Positions 8,508 through 18,999 of a stretch of DNA of 64,000 nucleotides are shown in pieces; the stretch's first letter is position 1; each line of letters starts with the position of its first letter. The translations under genes were made by a program, and so were the position numbers. The notes under the pieces were generated by a model that was given only the letters and a program-made list of their open reading frames with translations, made no database searches and was not told the DNA's origin. This DNA comes from Escherichia phage KKP 3715. Location of the stretch: sequence record OR067834.1; one strand, 5' to 3'.

Positions 8508-10496
8508 ATGAAAGACATGTTTGCTCAAGGTGGTTCTGGTTCTGCTGGAATCAAGACCAATAAACAAGCAATTGCTCGTGCTTGTAACGTTAAAGTAAGT
8601 GAAGTCATTTATAGCAATGACACCATCACTACTCTTGATGGTAAAAAGGTTATCTATGATAAACCTAATCAGTATATCTGGGGCTTACCTTCTGGTATCC
8701 CATCTGGGGCTACCGTTGTAACTGTGACTGGGGCTACTCTGGTTTATAACCCTGGCAATATCTCAGTTACATTGGAATTAGTTCCTAATTCTTCTGTTAA
8801 CCAATTAAAACAAGATTTACTATCTTCAAACGGTTTTTCTTTAGTTGGTGGAATTAGGGGTATTGTTAAAACCTCTGAAGTAGCTAACTTAGAAGATGCT
8901 ATTACGTTAGCATTAGAAAATGATGCTGATGTTCTAGTAGATAATATTCAGAACATTACAGTACCAATCCGTAAATCCTTGAATGGAAAAGATATTAAAA
9001 TAATTTCTACACCTAGTGGTTGGATTAACTTTACCCCAACGGATGCTAACACTTACTATCAGGTTCTGACTTTTGACGGAACTGGGGTGGAAAGCGTAAC
9101 CACTAAAGTGAAGATAGATGGTGGTAAAGTTCGCGGCGTAGGTCGGGCTGTTGTAGGGATTACGGTAAATAACGTTTACGCACATTATGAAAGCTCAGAG
9201 ATGAGGAACATCAGCGCATGTGTAAACACAGTTACCGCCCAGATTCACCTGTGTTATGGGGCTAAATATTATAACGTATTTCAACAACTTGCTTCTCAAG
9301 ACTGGAGTGCTGGAGTGTATGGCTATGGTACTGTACCAATTGATTGTGAAACTGTATTAGTAGAAGCCAATACATTTGGTTTGTCCGGTCAACCATTAGA
9401 CCGTCATGCAGTTTATTGTTCTAGTCAAGCTGATGGAACAGGTGTAGTTCGTAATGCATTTGTCTGTAATAACACAGCAGTAATGCGTGACTACACCACG
9501 GAAACAGCAGAGACAACAAGTGAACGCTGCTTTAAATTCATTGGTACAAACCGGGTACATCTTCACCATAATACATTACGTGGGGGATATGGGTTCTGTC
9601 TGATAACACTTCATAAATTCCAAACCATGGAAAACATCCGCATCGATAACAATAGAGCAAGAACTTACGCAAGCGGAATTATTATCGCAGGACAGAACGA
9701 AGCCTCGGCAGAACCTGATGCAACATGGTACGTTGATGAATTACAGATGGCTAATAACCATTTCCGTATGAGAGCTACGGTAGCTGGAACAAGTAATGGG
9801 GCTGAGTGGCGCAACACGTATCGTGTTAGTGACGTTGGCAGTTCGTATGTAAACGAGGCATTTGCAACGGTGAATGCGTTAACTGTTTACTACCCAAAAA
9901 CAGACCGCATACGAACTGAGAGTTTCCGTTCCGAATCTTGCTACTATCAAGGGTTCCAAAATATCACCCGAGAAATGGCCCCCACTTACACCTATATAGA
10001 TATTACATGCCGTAATGCTGTTAACACTCAGAATCCCCTGAATGCATCCGGCGCTACTGTCCAGAATGTAAAAGTACGGAGTCTTGATAACACGGCGATG
10101 TGGAAGGATTACACGGCTACCGCAATTGTAGGGTTCTCATACTACGACCCTAGCTTTCTTAAATTCATAAGATGTGCAGGAGCTGGATTGTGGGAAGATG
10201 AAGATGGGTATCCAGTAGTTGGATTATCTACTGGCAGGCCCACTAGACTTCGTGAAGGTCTTAAATTCTACCAAACAGATTTAGCCACAATGATTACTTG
10301 GACCGGTTCTAACTGGGTTCTCCAGTCAGCAGGATATACTGGGATAATTAAATCAGGAACAACTCCACAAATAAACTCTGTGAACAAGGCATTACTTGGT
10401 TATGGACATGTTATATATAACACCGACACCAAAAAACCGGCTTTCTTTGATCAATTAGCTCAGTCATGGAAGTACGCAGACGGTAGCGCAATGTAA
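8508..10496 (+). CDS. second tailspike / tail fibre protein
   Basis: 662 aa; N-terminal residues ~20-96 are clearly homologous to residues ~313-386 of tailspike 1; remainder assigned as beta-helix-like from composition only. Confidence 0.75.
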   Translation: MKDMFAQGGSGSAGIKTNKQAIARACNVKVSEVIYSNDTITTLDGKKVIYDKPNQYIWGLPSGIPSGATVVTVTGATLVYNPGNISVTLELVPNSSVNQLKQDLLSSNGFSLVGGIRGIVKTSEVANLEDAITLALENDADVLVDNIQNITVPIRKSLNGKDIKIISTPSGWINFTPTDANTYYQVLTFDGTGVESVTTKVKIDGGKVRGVGRAVVGITVNNVYAHYESSEMRNISACVNTVTAQIHLCYGAKYYNVFQQLASQDWSAGVYGYGTVPIDCETVLVEANTFGLSGQPLDRHAVYCSSQADGTGVVRNAFVCNNTAVMRDYTTETAETTSERCFKFIGTNRVHLHHNTLRGGYGFCLITLHKFQTMENIRIDNNRARTYASGIIIAGQNEASAEPDATWYVDELQMANNHFRMRATVAGTSNGAEWRNTYRVSDVGSSYVNEAFATVNALTVYYPKTDRIRTESFRSESCYYQGFQNITREMAPTYTYIDITCRNAVNTQNPLNASGATVQNVKVRSLDNTAMWKDYTATAIVGFSYYDPSFLKFIRCAGAGLWEDEDGYPVVGLSTGRPTRLREGLKFYQTDLATMITWTGSNWVLQSAGYTGIIKSGTTPQINSVNKALLGYGHVIYNTDTKKPAFFDQLAQSWKYADGSAM

Positions 10497-10502
10497 AACT
10501 AA

Positions 10503-10524
10503 CCCCGCTCAGGCGGGGTTTTTT
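10503..10524 (+). terminator. intrinsic terminator (CCCCGC-TCAG-GCGGGG then TTTTTT)
   Basis: GC-rich stem and T6 tract directly after the tailspike 2 stop. Confidence 0.75.
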
Positions 10525-10527
10525 GTT

Positions 10528-10929
10528 GTGCCACAAACAAATCATTGGGTAGACTGTTTCAGTCAATTACGACTTAACCAACCTGAGAAAGTCCCTATGG
10601 GAAATGAACCAGATAACGTAACTCTAGCCAGACTCGAAGAGAGACTGAGAAACATTTTCGAAAACCAAACCCGTGAATCGAGGGAAAGGGAGAAAATGGA
10701 AGAGTCTATTAAAAAGCTAAGTGAGTCTATGGGCGACCTTAGTACCCGACTTAAACGGGTAGAAGAGAGCATCACTAAGTCTGAACCTACCATCGAAGAG
10801 TTCATCACTATTAAACATAAGGTTGCTGGTGCTGGAATTTTTGGTAAGTGGGTGTGGGCTGGAGCAGGTGCAATCATTGGTGTATTGGCTGCTGCAAGAC
10901 GGGAGATATTCGCATGGTTTGCAGGCTAA
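10528..10929 (+). CDS. membrane-anchored coiled-coil protein (C-terminal TM); possible lysis regulator
   Basis: 133 aa; charged helical N-terminus, C-terminal hydrophobic GAGIFGKWVWAGAGAIIGVLAA; likely starts at an internal Met (MGNEPDN). Confidence 0.5.
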   Translation: MPQTNHWVDCFSQLRLNQPEKVPMGNEPDNVTLARLEERLRNIFENQTRESREREKMEESIKKLSESMGDLSTRLKRVEESITKSEPTIEEFITIKHKVAGAGIFGKWVWAGAGAIIGVLAAARREIFAWFAG

Positions 10930-11174
10930 AAAGAAAGATAGGACTAGTACCTAACTGGAAGAAGTCCTGGAAGTGGGCATCTGTTCAGATTAGCACGTTT
11001 GGATTAATTCTGTTTTCCGTCGTAGATATTATCCAACCAATGCTAACAGGGCTACCTCGCCACATCCTGGAAGATATTCCACATGGTTCCAGCATTACAA
11101 TCGCACTATTTGCCTTAAACATTGTAGGCAGACTAATACGATTCCATCCAAAGGAAGATTCTCATGAAAGCTAA
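10914..11174 (+). CDS. holin candidate (two predicted TM helices)
   Basis: ATG 10914 with GGGAGA RBS; 86 aa with two hydrophobic segments (ISTFGLILFSVVDII and SSITIALFALNIVG); sits directly upstream of and overlapping the endolysin. Track lists it as 10848..11174. Confidence 0.5.
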   Translation: MVCRLKRKIGLVPNWKKSWKWASVQISTFGLILFSVVDIIQPMLTGLPRHILEDIPHGSSITIALFALNIVGRLIRFHPKEDSHES

Positions 11175-11799
11175 ACAGAAACTTGCTGCAAAAGGTGGTG
11201 CAGTGGGAGGAGTTGTCGCTGCTATTCTGGGGGCAGTGTTCTATATGGAAGGGGGGTACGTAAACAATCCTCGTGACCCAGGTGGGGAAACTAATCATGG
11301 TATTACTCAATCAGTAGCTAAGTCTCACAAAGAAGTTCTGGCTACTGAGTATGGTTGGGATGGTTCCATGAAGGGTTTATCTAAAGAGATGGCTGCTGAG
11401 ATATACATAGATGACTACGTACTTAAGCCTAACTTCGTAGCTTTCGCTGATATATCTCCTGCTGTAACACACAAACTGGTTGATGCTGGTGTTAACACAG
11501 GTGTAACCAGACCAGCTAAGTGGTTGCAGCAATCTCTTAATGAAATGTCCCGTGATGGCAAAGACTACCCTAAAATACAAGTTGATGGTAAAGTCGGTGC
11601 AGGTACTGTTAATGCATATAAAGCATTACAGAAAAAACGAGGCAAAGTTGCAGCATGTCAGGTAATGATTAAGTTACTTGATGCTAAACAACTGAACCAC
11701 TACACCTCATTGAACATGCCAGACTTTACGTATGGTTGGGTAGCTAACCGAATTGGTAATGTACCACTGGAGGCATGTAATGAAGATGCTAATCTCTAA
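11164..11799 (+). CDS. endolysin, GH108-type N-acetylmuramidase with C-terminal peptidoglycan-binding region; N-terminal signal-anchor-release-like segment
   Basis: 211 aa; GH108 signature EGGYVNNPRDPGGETNHGITQ; N-terminal Gly/Ala-rich weakly hydrophobic stretch GGAVGGVVAAILGAVFYM. Confidence 0.85.
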   Translation: MKAKQKLAAKGGAVGGVVAAILGAVFYMEGGYVNNPRDPGGETNHGITQSVAKSHKEVLATEYGWDGSMKGLSKEMAAEIYIDDYVLKPNFVAFADISPAVTHKLVDAGVNTGVTRPAKWLQQSLNEMSRDGKDYPKIQVDGKVGAGTVNAYKALQKKRGKVAACQVMIKLLDAKQLNHYTSLNMPDFTYGWVANRIGNVPLEACNEDANL

Positions 11800-12280
11800 A
11801 GGTTGGCCTTATCTTCTGGTGGTGGTCCTCGGGGCCACCATTTACTTTTGGGGCAATTCCAATGGGCAGTCTACTGTTCAAAAGAGGTGGGATGCCCAAA
11901 AGGTTGAAGACCTGAAGGCAACACAAAAACTACAGGACAAATACAATGCTCTCCAAAGAAACCATAGTTATGAAGTCGGGTTACTTACTTCCCGGTTGCA
12001 GACGGCTGAGAGTAATTACGCAAGCGAGCTTGCTCGCGTTAGCAGTGATTACGACAGCCGGATGCAACAGTCTGAAAGACGAGCATCGGTATATAAACGT
12101 CAAGCCGAAACCGGAACCCTTGAGTGCAGAAGTCTTGCAAGCCATGCAGCCAGACTCGACAACAGTCTTGAAGAAGGCAGACGTTTGGTTGAAGAACTCC
12201 GGGCAACTGTTAGACTCCGTGACAACCAACTAATTGAGTTGGGTAAGCAAATTCAGGCTGACCGTAAACTTTTTGAATAG
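11753..12280 (+). CDS. i-spanin (Rz-like)
   Basis: N-terminal TM ([16 protein letters not shown]) then a coiled-coil-like periplasmic domain; likely true start ATG 11780; directly downstream of the endolysin. Confidence 0.7.
   Translation: MVMYHWRHVMKMLISKGWPYLLVVVLGATIYFWGNSNGQSTVQKRWDAQKVEDLKATQKLQDKYNALQRNHSYEVGLLTSRLQTAESNYASELARVSSDYDSRMQQSERRASVYKRQAETGTLECRSLASHAARLDNSLEEGRRLVEELRATVRLRDNQLIELGKQIQADRKLFE
11970..12233 (+). CDS. o-spanin (Rz1-like lipoprotein) embedded in the +1 frame of the i-spanin gene
   Basis: Track ORF 11946..12233; from Met 11970 the product has a signal peptide with lipobox-like ITTAG|C and a short Pro-containing mature domain. Confidence 0.65.
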   Translation: MKSGYLLPGCRRLRVITQASLLALAVITTAGCNSLKDEHRYINVKPKPEPLSAEVLQAMQPDSTTVLKKADVWLKNSGQLLDSVTTN

Positions 12281-12288
12281 GATTAACT

Positions 12289-14559
12289 ATGGAACACCAA
12301 GACACTTTTAAGCCTTTACCAGACCCGGCTCAATCAGAGAAGTTAACGGACTGGAAGAAGGAACCAAGTATCCAATTACTGAAGGGTGATTTGGAATCAG
12401 CTAAACCGGCTCACGATGCGATTATGGCACAGATTCGTGAGTGGAATGACCTGATGGAAGTCAAGGGTAAAGCTAAACCCCCAAAGGTTAAGGGACGCTC
12501 ACAAGTCCAACCCAGACTGGTTCGCCGTCAGGCAGAGTGGCGATATGCTCCATTGTCTGAGCCGTTCCTCTCATCTAATAAACTCTTTAAAGTAACTCCG
12601 GTTACCTTTGAAGATGAGTTAGCTGCACGTCAGAATGAATTAGTTCTTAACTACCAATTCCGTACCCAGCTTAATAAAGTAAAACTGGTAGATGATTACG
12701 TACACAGTGTCGTAGATGACGGTACTGGTATTGCTCGTATTGGTTGGGAACGTAAGACTGTTAAGATTAAAACAGAAACTCCTGTATTTCAGTTGTATCC
12801 AATTGAGAACCAGGAACAGGCCGATGTTCTCCAGCAGGCTTTACAGCTTCAGGCAGAGAATCCTCGTGAGTATGATGAAACAATGCCGGAAGATATTAAG
12901 GAAGCTGTTAACTACTTCAATGAAACTGGGGAAGCTACCTATGCAATCCAGACTGGGGTTACTGAAGTAGAAGTAGAGAAGGCACTGGTTAACAGACCTA
13001 CTGTTGAAATGCTTAACCCTAATAACGTAGTTATTGACCCAAGCTGTAATGGTGATTTGGATAAGGCTCTTTATGCAGTTATCTCGTTCGAGACATGCAA
13101 AGCAGACCTCATGAAGAACAAAGACCGTTACCACAATTTAGATAAGATTGACTGGGAAAGCTCCAGCCCTATGACTGACCCAGACCATGAGAGTAAAACC
13201 CCTAGTGACTTCCAGTTTAAGGATGCACTTCGTAAGAAAGTTGTTGCTTATGAATACTGGGGATTTTACGACATTAATGATGACGGTTCTCTGGAACCCA
13301 TTGTTGCTACCTGGATTGGTTCTACCCTTATTCGTATGGAGAAGAACCCATTCCCGGATGGTAAATTACCTTTAGTAGTTGTTCCTTACATGCCACGTAA
13401 ACGAGAACTATTCGGTGAAGCTGATGCTGAACTGTTAGGAGATAACCAAGCAATTCTTGGTGCAACTATGCGTGGGATGATTGACCTGTTAGGTCGAAGT
13501 GCAAACGGTCAACGTGGCTATCCTAAAGGGATGTTGGATACACTGAACCGTCGTCGGTATGACGATGGGCAAGACTATGAATATAACCCAATGCAGGGCA
13601 ATCCTAGTCAGGCCATTATGGAACATAAGTTCCCTGAGTTACCACAGTCGGCAATAATAATGACCCAGATGCAAAACCAGGAAGCAGAATCCCTAACTGG
13701 TGTTAAAGCATTCTCTGGTGGTGTAACTGGTTCAGCTTATGGAGATGTGGCTGCTGGTATTCGTGGTGCACTTGATGCAGCATCCAAACGTGAGATGGCA
13801 ATCCTTCGTCGATTAGCTAAGGGTATGGCAGACATTGGTACTAAGATTTGTGCAATGAATGCCGTGTTCTTATCAGAGAAGGAAGTAGTACGTATTACTA
13901 ACGAGCAGTATGTAGAGATTAACCGTGAAGACCTTAAAGGTAACTTCGATATTGAGGTTGATATTAATACTGCCGAAATTGATAACCAGAAGTCTCAGGA
14001 TTTGAGTTTCATGGTTCAAACATTGGGTAATACGGTTGACCAGACTATTACGTTATCTCTTGTAGCTAAGATTGCAGAACTTAAACGTATGCCTGACCTG
14101 GCTCATGAGTTACGTACTTGGCAACCACAGCCAGACCCTATGGAAGAGCAGCTTAAGCAATTGGCGATTCAGAAAGCACAGCTTGAGAATGAAGAGTTAC
14201 AAAGTAAGATTGCACTCAATATGGCTAAGGCTAAAGAGGCTGCTTCTAGTGGTGACCTTAAAGACCTGGATTATCTGGAACAGGAATCTGGTACTAAACA
14301 TGCCCGTGATATGGAAAAACAAAAAGCACAATCTCAAGGAAACCAGAACCTTCAGATAACTAAGGCATTGACAACACCTATTAAAGAAGGGGAAACTACC
14401 CCCAACATATCTGCAGCTGTTGGATATAATACTTTGACTAACGGGAACTCTATACCAGAACGTGATTTAGCTGCTCAACAAGACCCGGCTTATTCACTCA
14501 GTTCCCAATACTATGACCCTAGCCAAGACCCAGCATCGGCTCTTGGCATGAACCTGTAA
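12289..14559 (+). CDS. portal protein
   Basis: 756 aa; size and position (between lysis genes and scaffold/capsid) match the N4-like portal. Confidence 0.85.
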   Translation: MEHQDTFKPLPDPAQSEKLTDWKKEPSIQLLKGDLESAKPAHDAIMAQIREWNDLMEVKGKAKPPKVKGRSQVQPRLVRRQAEWRYAPLSEPFLSSNKLFKVTPVTFEDELAARQNELVLNYQFRTQLNKVKLVDDYVHSVVDDGTGIARIGWERKTVKIKTETPVFQLYPIENQEQADVLQQALQLQAENPREYDETMPEDIKEAVNYFNETGEATYAIQTGVTEVEVEKALVNRPTVEMLNPNNVVIDPSCNGDLDKALYAVISFETCKADLMKNKDRYHNLDKIDWESSSPMTDPDHESKTPSDFQFKDALRKKVVAYEYWGFYDINDDGSLEPIVATWIGSTLIRMEKNPFPDGKLPLVVVPYMPRKRELFGEADAELLGDNQAILGATMRGMIDLLGRSANGQRGYPKGMLDTLNRRRYDDGQDYEYNPMQGNPSQAIMEHKFPELPQSAIIMTQMQNQEAESLTGVKAFSGGVTGSAYGDVAAGIRGALDAASKREMAILRRLAKGMADIGTKICAMNAVFLSEKEVVRITNEQYVEINREDLKGNFDIEVDINTAEIDNQKSQDLSFMVQTLGNTVDQTITLSLVAKIAELKRMPDLAHELRTWQPQPDPMEEQLKQLAIQKAQLENEELQSKIALNMAKAKEAASSGDLKDLDYLEQESGTKHARDMEKQKAQSQGNQNLQITKALTTPIKEGETTPNISAAVGYNTLTNGNSIPERDLAAQQDPAYSLSSQYYDPSQDPASALGMNL

Positions 14560-14572
14560 GGCAGACCTTCAC

Positions 14573-14917
14573 ATGAGTAAAGAATCAACAATCGCTGGAC
14601 TGGAACATCGACTGGAAGCTGCTAAAGGTGCAGTTGCACATGCAGAAGATGTACGTAAACTTCTGGAGAATCCACTGTTCCGTAAAGTAATCCTTCGCCA
14701 GTTCTGTACGGAAGATTGTGCACGTTACGTGCAAGAGTCTGGTGACCCACTGCTTGAAGCTAATAACCGTGCAGATGCATTGAACATGGCTCAAGCTGCT
14801 GGTCACTTACGTCGTTGGCTTGACCTCGCTATTCGTATGGGCGAAAACGAAGCTGACGTTATTCTACAGGTAGAAGAAGAACTCGACGCAGTTCGTGCTG
14901 AACCTGAAGACGAATAA
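14573..14917 (+). CDS. hypothetical head-morphogenesis protein
   Basis: 114-aa ORF between portal and scaffold. Confidence 0.5.
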   Translation: MSKESTIAGLEHRLEAAKGAVAHAEDVRKLLENPLFRKVILRQFCTEDCARYVQESGDPLLEANNRADALNMAQAAGHLRRWLDLAIRMGENEADVILQVEEELDAVRAEPEDE

Positions 14918-14936
14918 TTAACCGGAGATATTTCCT

Positions 14937-16157
14937 ATGACTACGGAAGCTGCAACCACAGCTTCCGACATTCTCGCAATGTCGGATGATGAGATTCTGA
15001 ATATGGAAGCCCCAGCAATTATCGCTGAGGAAGATACTTCCACTCAGAACAACCCAGAAACCAACGGCGTACAGACTCCTGATGAAGAAGTTGACACCCC
15101 TGCTGTTGAAGACCTACCAACCGAAGAAACCTCCCCTGAAGCCAAACCAGATGAAGAAGATTCAGCAAATCCTTTAACTTCTGATAAAGTTGATGATAAA
15201 GTTGTTGACACAGAAGTTGATAGTAACGGCGAGCCGATTACTAAAGCTGAACCTTCTACTACTGAACCAGGCCAGGAACAGAAAGAAGAAGGCAAACAGT
15301 CTGAAGGTCTGCCTGCTGACTTCAACTATAAGGAAAGTTACGAAAAGTTGATGGCTCCTTTTAAAGCTAACGGCAAAGTGATTACTCCCCGTTCACCGGA
15401 GGAGGCCATTAGCCTGATGCAGATGGGTGCTAACTATACTCGTAAGATGCAAGAACTAAAGCCTTACCGTAAGGTAATGCTGATGTTACAGAACAACGGT
15501 TTAATGGATGAGGATAAACTTTCTTTCCTGATTGACCTGGATAAAAAGAATCCTGAAGCCATTAAGAAGTTGCTCAAAGACTCTGGTACAGATCCCCTGG
15601 ACTTTAATCCAGATGAGGAAATTAACTACCAGGGTGGCAATCACCGTGTTACCGACACCGAAGCAGATTTTGCAACCGAAATTGACGACTTAAAGTCTAC
15701 TCAAGAAGGACAAGCTACATTAGGTGTTATCGGCTCGACATGGGATGCTGCCAGTAAAGATGCTCTTTACCAGAATCGTGGCCTACTCCAGACTATTCAT
15801 GAACAACGTGAGAATGGTATTTATGACACCATTGCAAACGAAGTGAACCGTCTTCAGATGTTAGGCCAGATTCCGGTAGGTACTCCGTTTATTCAGGCTT
15901 ATAACCACGTCGGTAACCTCCTTGCACAGCAAGGGGCATTTAACCGAGTGACTAAGCCTGAACCGGTACAAGCAGTTAAACCAGTAGTTCAGCCGGTAGT
16001 GCGTGTAGCACAACCTAAGCAGACTCTGGCTAACAGTGAGCAAGCTAAAGCAGCTTCCCTTAATCGGGCTGCTACACGTAAAGCTACACCTATTGTAAAC
16101 CCACTCGCTATGAGTGATGAAGATTTCGCTAAACTCCCAGTACCGGGTAGTCTTTAA
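14937..16157 (+). CDS. putative scaffolding protein
   Basis: 406 aa; acidic low-complexity N-terminus; located immediately upstream of the major capsid gene. Confidence 0.5.
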   Translation: MTTEAATTASDILAMSDDEILNMEAPAIIAEEDTSTQNNPETNGVQTPDEEVDTPAVEDLPTEETSPEAKPDEEDSANPLTSDKVDDKVVDTEVDSNGEPITKAEPSTTEPGQEQKEEGKQSEGLPADFNYKESYEKLMAPFKANGKVITPRSPEEAISLMQMGANYTRKMQELKPYRKVMLMLQNNGLMDEDKLSFLIDLDKKNPEAIKKLLKDSGTDPLDFNPDEEINYQGGNHRVTDTEADFATEIDDLKSTQEGQATLGVIGSTWDAASKDALYQNRGLLQTIHEQRENGIYDTIANEVNRLQMLGQIPVGTPFIQAYNHVGNLLAQQGAFNRVTKPEPVQAVKPVVQPVVRVAQPKQTLANSEQAKAASLNRAATRKATPIVNPLAMSDEDFAKLPVPGSL

Positions 16158-16173
16158 ACAGGAATAAGATGAT

Positions 16174-17376
16174 ATGTTAAACTATAACGCCCCAATTGAC
16201 GGCCAGAAATCTAGCATTGATGGTGCTGGTTCCGACCAGATGAATACCTATTACTGGCTGAAGAAAGCTATTATTCAGTCCCGTAAAGACCAGTACTTCA
16301 TGCCACTGGCTAACACCATTAACATGCCGAAGAACTACGGTAAAACTGTTAAGGTGTATGAGTACGTTCCACTGCTTGATGATAAGAATATTAACGATCA
16401 GGGTATTGATGCTAATGGTGCTACCATCGTTAATGGTAACCTGTATGGTTCTTCCCGAGACGTTGGTAACATCACTTCTAAACTGCCTCTGCTGACAGAG
16501 AACGGTGGTCGTGTTAACCGTGTAGGCTTTACTCGTCTGTCTCGTGAAGGTTCCATCCATAAGTTCGGTTTCTTCTACGAATTTACTCAAGAGTCTCTGG
16601 ACTTTGATTCTGATGACCAACTGAAAGAACACCTGTCTCGTGAACTGATGAACGGTGCTGTACAGTTGACTGAAGCTGTTCTCCAGAAAGACCTGTTGGC
16701 TGCTGCCGGTACTGTACTGTATGCAGGTGCTGCTACTTCTGATGCTACCATCACTGGTGAAGGTTCTACCCCGTCCGTAGTTTCTTATAAGAACCTGATG
16801 CGTCTTGACCAGATTCTTACTGAGAACCGTACTCCGACCCAGACTACTATCATCACTGGTTCTAAACTCACTGACACCAAAGTACTTGGTGGTACTCGTG
16901 TAATGTACGTTGGTTCTGAACTGGTTCCTGAGCTGAAAGCGATGAAAGACCTGTTCGGTAACAAAGCATTCATCGAGGTTCAGCACTATGCTGATGCTGG
17001 TACTCTGATGAATGGTGAGATTGGTTGTATCGACAAGTTCCGTATTATCCAGGTTCCTGAGATGCTGCATTGGGCAGGTGCTGGTGCTCAGGTTACTACT
17101 AACCCAGGTTATCGTTCTTCTATGGTTAGTGGTCAGGAACACTACGACGTATTCCCGATGCTGGTAGTTGGTGATGACTCCTTCTCTACCATTGGCTTCC
17201 AGACTGATGGTAAGTCTGTTAAGTTCTCCATCATGACTAAGATGCCTGGTCGAGAAACTGCTGACCGTAATGACCCGTATGGTGAGACTGGTTTCAGTTC
17301 CATCAAGTGGTACTACGGTATCCTGGTTAAACGTCCAGAACGTCTGGCTCTGATTAAGACTGTTGCTCCTCTGTAA
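16174..17376 (+). CDS. major capsid protein
   Basis: 400 aa, matching N4-like major capsid size; followed by a strong hairpin; codon-biased highly expressed gene. Confidence 0.85.
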   Translation: MLNYNAPIDGQKSSIDGAGSDQMNTYYWLKKAIIQSRKDQYFMPLANTINMPKNYGKTVKVYEYVPLLDDKNINDQGIDANGATIVNGNLYGSSRDVGNITSKLPLLTENGGRVNRVGFTRLSREGSIHKFGFFYEFTQESLDFDSDDQLKEHLSRELMNGAVQLTEAVLQKDLLAAAGTVLYAGAATSDATITGEGSTPSVVSYKNLMRLDQILTENRTPTQTTIITGSKLTDTKVLGGTRVMYVGSELVPELKAMKDLFGNKAFIEVQHYADAGTLMNGEIGCIDKFRIIQVPEMLHWAGAGAQVTTNPGYRSSMVSGQEHYDVFPMLVVGDDSFSTIGFQTDGKSVKFSIMTKMPGRETADRNDPYGETGFSSIKWYYGILVKRPERLALIKTVAPL

Positions 17377-17393
17377 TAGTCCTAAATAAAACA

Positions 17394-17413
17394 AGGGGGA
17401 CTTATGTCCCCCT
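17394..17413. terminator. 8-bp GC-rich stem-loop (AGGGGGAC-TTAT-GTCCCCCT) downstream of the capsid gene
   Basis: U-rich tract is better on the minus strand; may act as terminator or mRNA 3-prime stabiliser. Confidence 0.5.
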
Positions 17414-17443
17414 CTTAATAAAACTAGTTGAACCACAGGAAAT

Positions 17444-18085
17444 ATGAACATGAGCATTAACGATAAACCGACCACTGACGTAGAACTGGACGTACAGGGC
17501 AACGAAGATACCGTTAACGATATTGCAATGCCTAGCGAACTTGAAGTTCTTAAGCAACGTGCAACGTTGATGAATATTAAGTTCTCTAACAACATCTCCG
17601 TTGAGAAGCTCCGTGAGAAGATTGAAGCTGCACAAGCAAAAGATGAACCAGAAGTAAAAGAATCAGCAGTTAATCCTTTGGGTGAAAAACAGGAAGCTGG
17701 TGTTAAGAAAATGACCCTGGGTCAGAAGATTCGTGCAGAACAGACTCGACTGATTCGTGTACGTATCCAGAACCTAGACCCTAAGAAGAAAGACCTGCCG
17801 GGTGAGATTATCACCGTAGCTAACGAATATATGGGTACTGTACGTAAGTTTGTTCCATTCGGTGAAGTCACCGACAATGGTTATCATATTCCGTACTGTA
17901 TCTATGAGTTCCTTAAAGAGCGTAAGTTCATCAACATTACGACTCGTAAAGGTAAGAATGGCTTACCGGATATCCGTGCAACAGAGGCACGTGAGTTCTC
18001 CATTGAAGTATTGCCTCCGCTGACTGAAGCAGAATTGACTCAACTGGCTCAAGCACAGATTGCTGCTGGTAGCCTGAACGATTAA
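17444..18085 (+). CDS. virion structural protein
   Basis: 213-aa ORF in the conserved structural block. Confidence 0.5.
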   Translation: MNMSINDKPTTDVELDVQGNEDTVNDIAMPSELEVLKQRATLMNIKFSNNISVEKLREKIEAAQAKDEPEVKESAVNPLGEKQEAGVKKMTLGQKIRAEQTRLIRVRIQNLDPKKKDLPGEIITVANEYMGTVRKFVPFGEVTDNGYHIPYCIYEFLKERKFINITTRKGKNGLPDIRATEAREFSIEVLPPLTEAELTQLAQAQIAAGSLND

Positions 18086-18105
18086 CGTATAAGCTACAGT
18101 TCAAC

Positions 18106-18144
18106 ACGGCTCACTGGGGTAACTCCGTGGGCCGTTTCTTTTTG
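18106..18144 (+). terminator. intrinsic terminator (long stem ACGGCTCAC...GTGGGCCGT followed by TTCTTTTT)
   Basis: Read from sequence directly after the 17444..18085 stop. Confidence 0.7.
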
Positions 18145-18155
18145 AACCAAGAGGA

Positions 18156-18998
18156 ATGATTATGTCTTGTTCTGCTGAGGTAGAAGCTAACCGACTCCTA
18201 GAAGAGTTAACTAAGGGGGATGACTTTACCCTCCCTGACATTGATATGTCTGGTCCTGAATGGGATATCCCTGGTGGTGATGAATCCCCAATCTTTGGTG
18301 CCATTAGCAAAGTAACTAACGAATCGCTTACTACACGTGAAGTAGGTGGTAGTGGTACGTTTGATGCATTAATGGAATCTGCACACAATCACCTTAGAGC
18401 TGAGTATAAAGCTAACCGTATTACCGGTGGTGAATACACCAAAGCCTATATTGCCATGATGGAATCATGCATGAGTAATGCTGTTCAGTTCTTACTTGGT
18501 CGTGACCAAGCATACTGGGCTGCTGCTATGGCACAGATTCAGGCAGTTACTGCACGAGTGCAACTGGCAACGTCTAAGGCACAGTTTGTACTGGCTAAGA
18601 TTCAGGCACTGTCTGCTAAGAGTGAATATGCTCTTACTAAGATGAAGATTGCTACTGAGTCTGAAACATACTGTGCTGCATTGTTTAATGTGAATAAAAT
18701 TCTTCCTGCACAAGAACGTTTGATACAGGAACAATATGAAGTACAACGTGCACAGACCCAAGAAACTCGTTCTGATGCATTACCTATTCTTGGTTCTATT
18801 GGTAAACAGAAAGAGTTGTATTCCCAACAGATTACTTCTTATCAGCGAGATGCAGAAGTTAAAGCGGCTAAGCTGTTTACTGATGCATGGATTACACAGA
18901 AGACTATTGATGAAGGCTTGAACCCACCTAATGGTTTCACTAACGCAAGTATTGATACCATTCTGACCAAGCTGAAGTCTAACAACGGGCTGAACTAA
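18156..18998 (+). CDS. virion structural protein
   Basis: 280-aa ORF. Confidence 0.5.
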   Translation: MIMSCSAEVEANRLLEELTKGDDFTLPDIDMSGPEWDIPGGDESPIFGAISKVTNESLTTREVGGSGTFDALMESAHNHLRAEYKANRITGGEYTKAYIAMMESCMSNAVQFLLGRDQAYWAAAMAQIQAVTARVQLATSKAQFVLAKIQALSAKSEYALTKMKIATESETYCAALFNVNKILPAQERLIQEQYEVQRAQTQETRSDALPILGSIGKQKELYSQQITSYQRDAEVKAAKLFTDAWITQKTIDEGLNPPNGFTNASIDTILTKLKSNNGLN

Positions 18999-18999
18999 T

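Noticed and set aside
16177-17595. 472-aa minus-strand ORF antisense to the major capsid gene
   Set aside because: It fully overlaps a well-supported, highly codon-biased capsid gene and a terminator; the translation is low-complexity and Thr/Ser/Val-rich as expected for an antisense shadow of a GC-skewed codon-biased gene.
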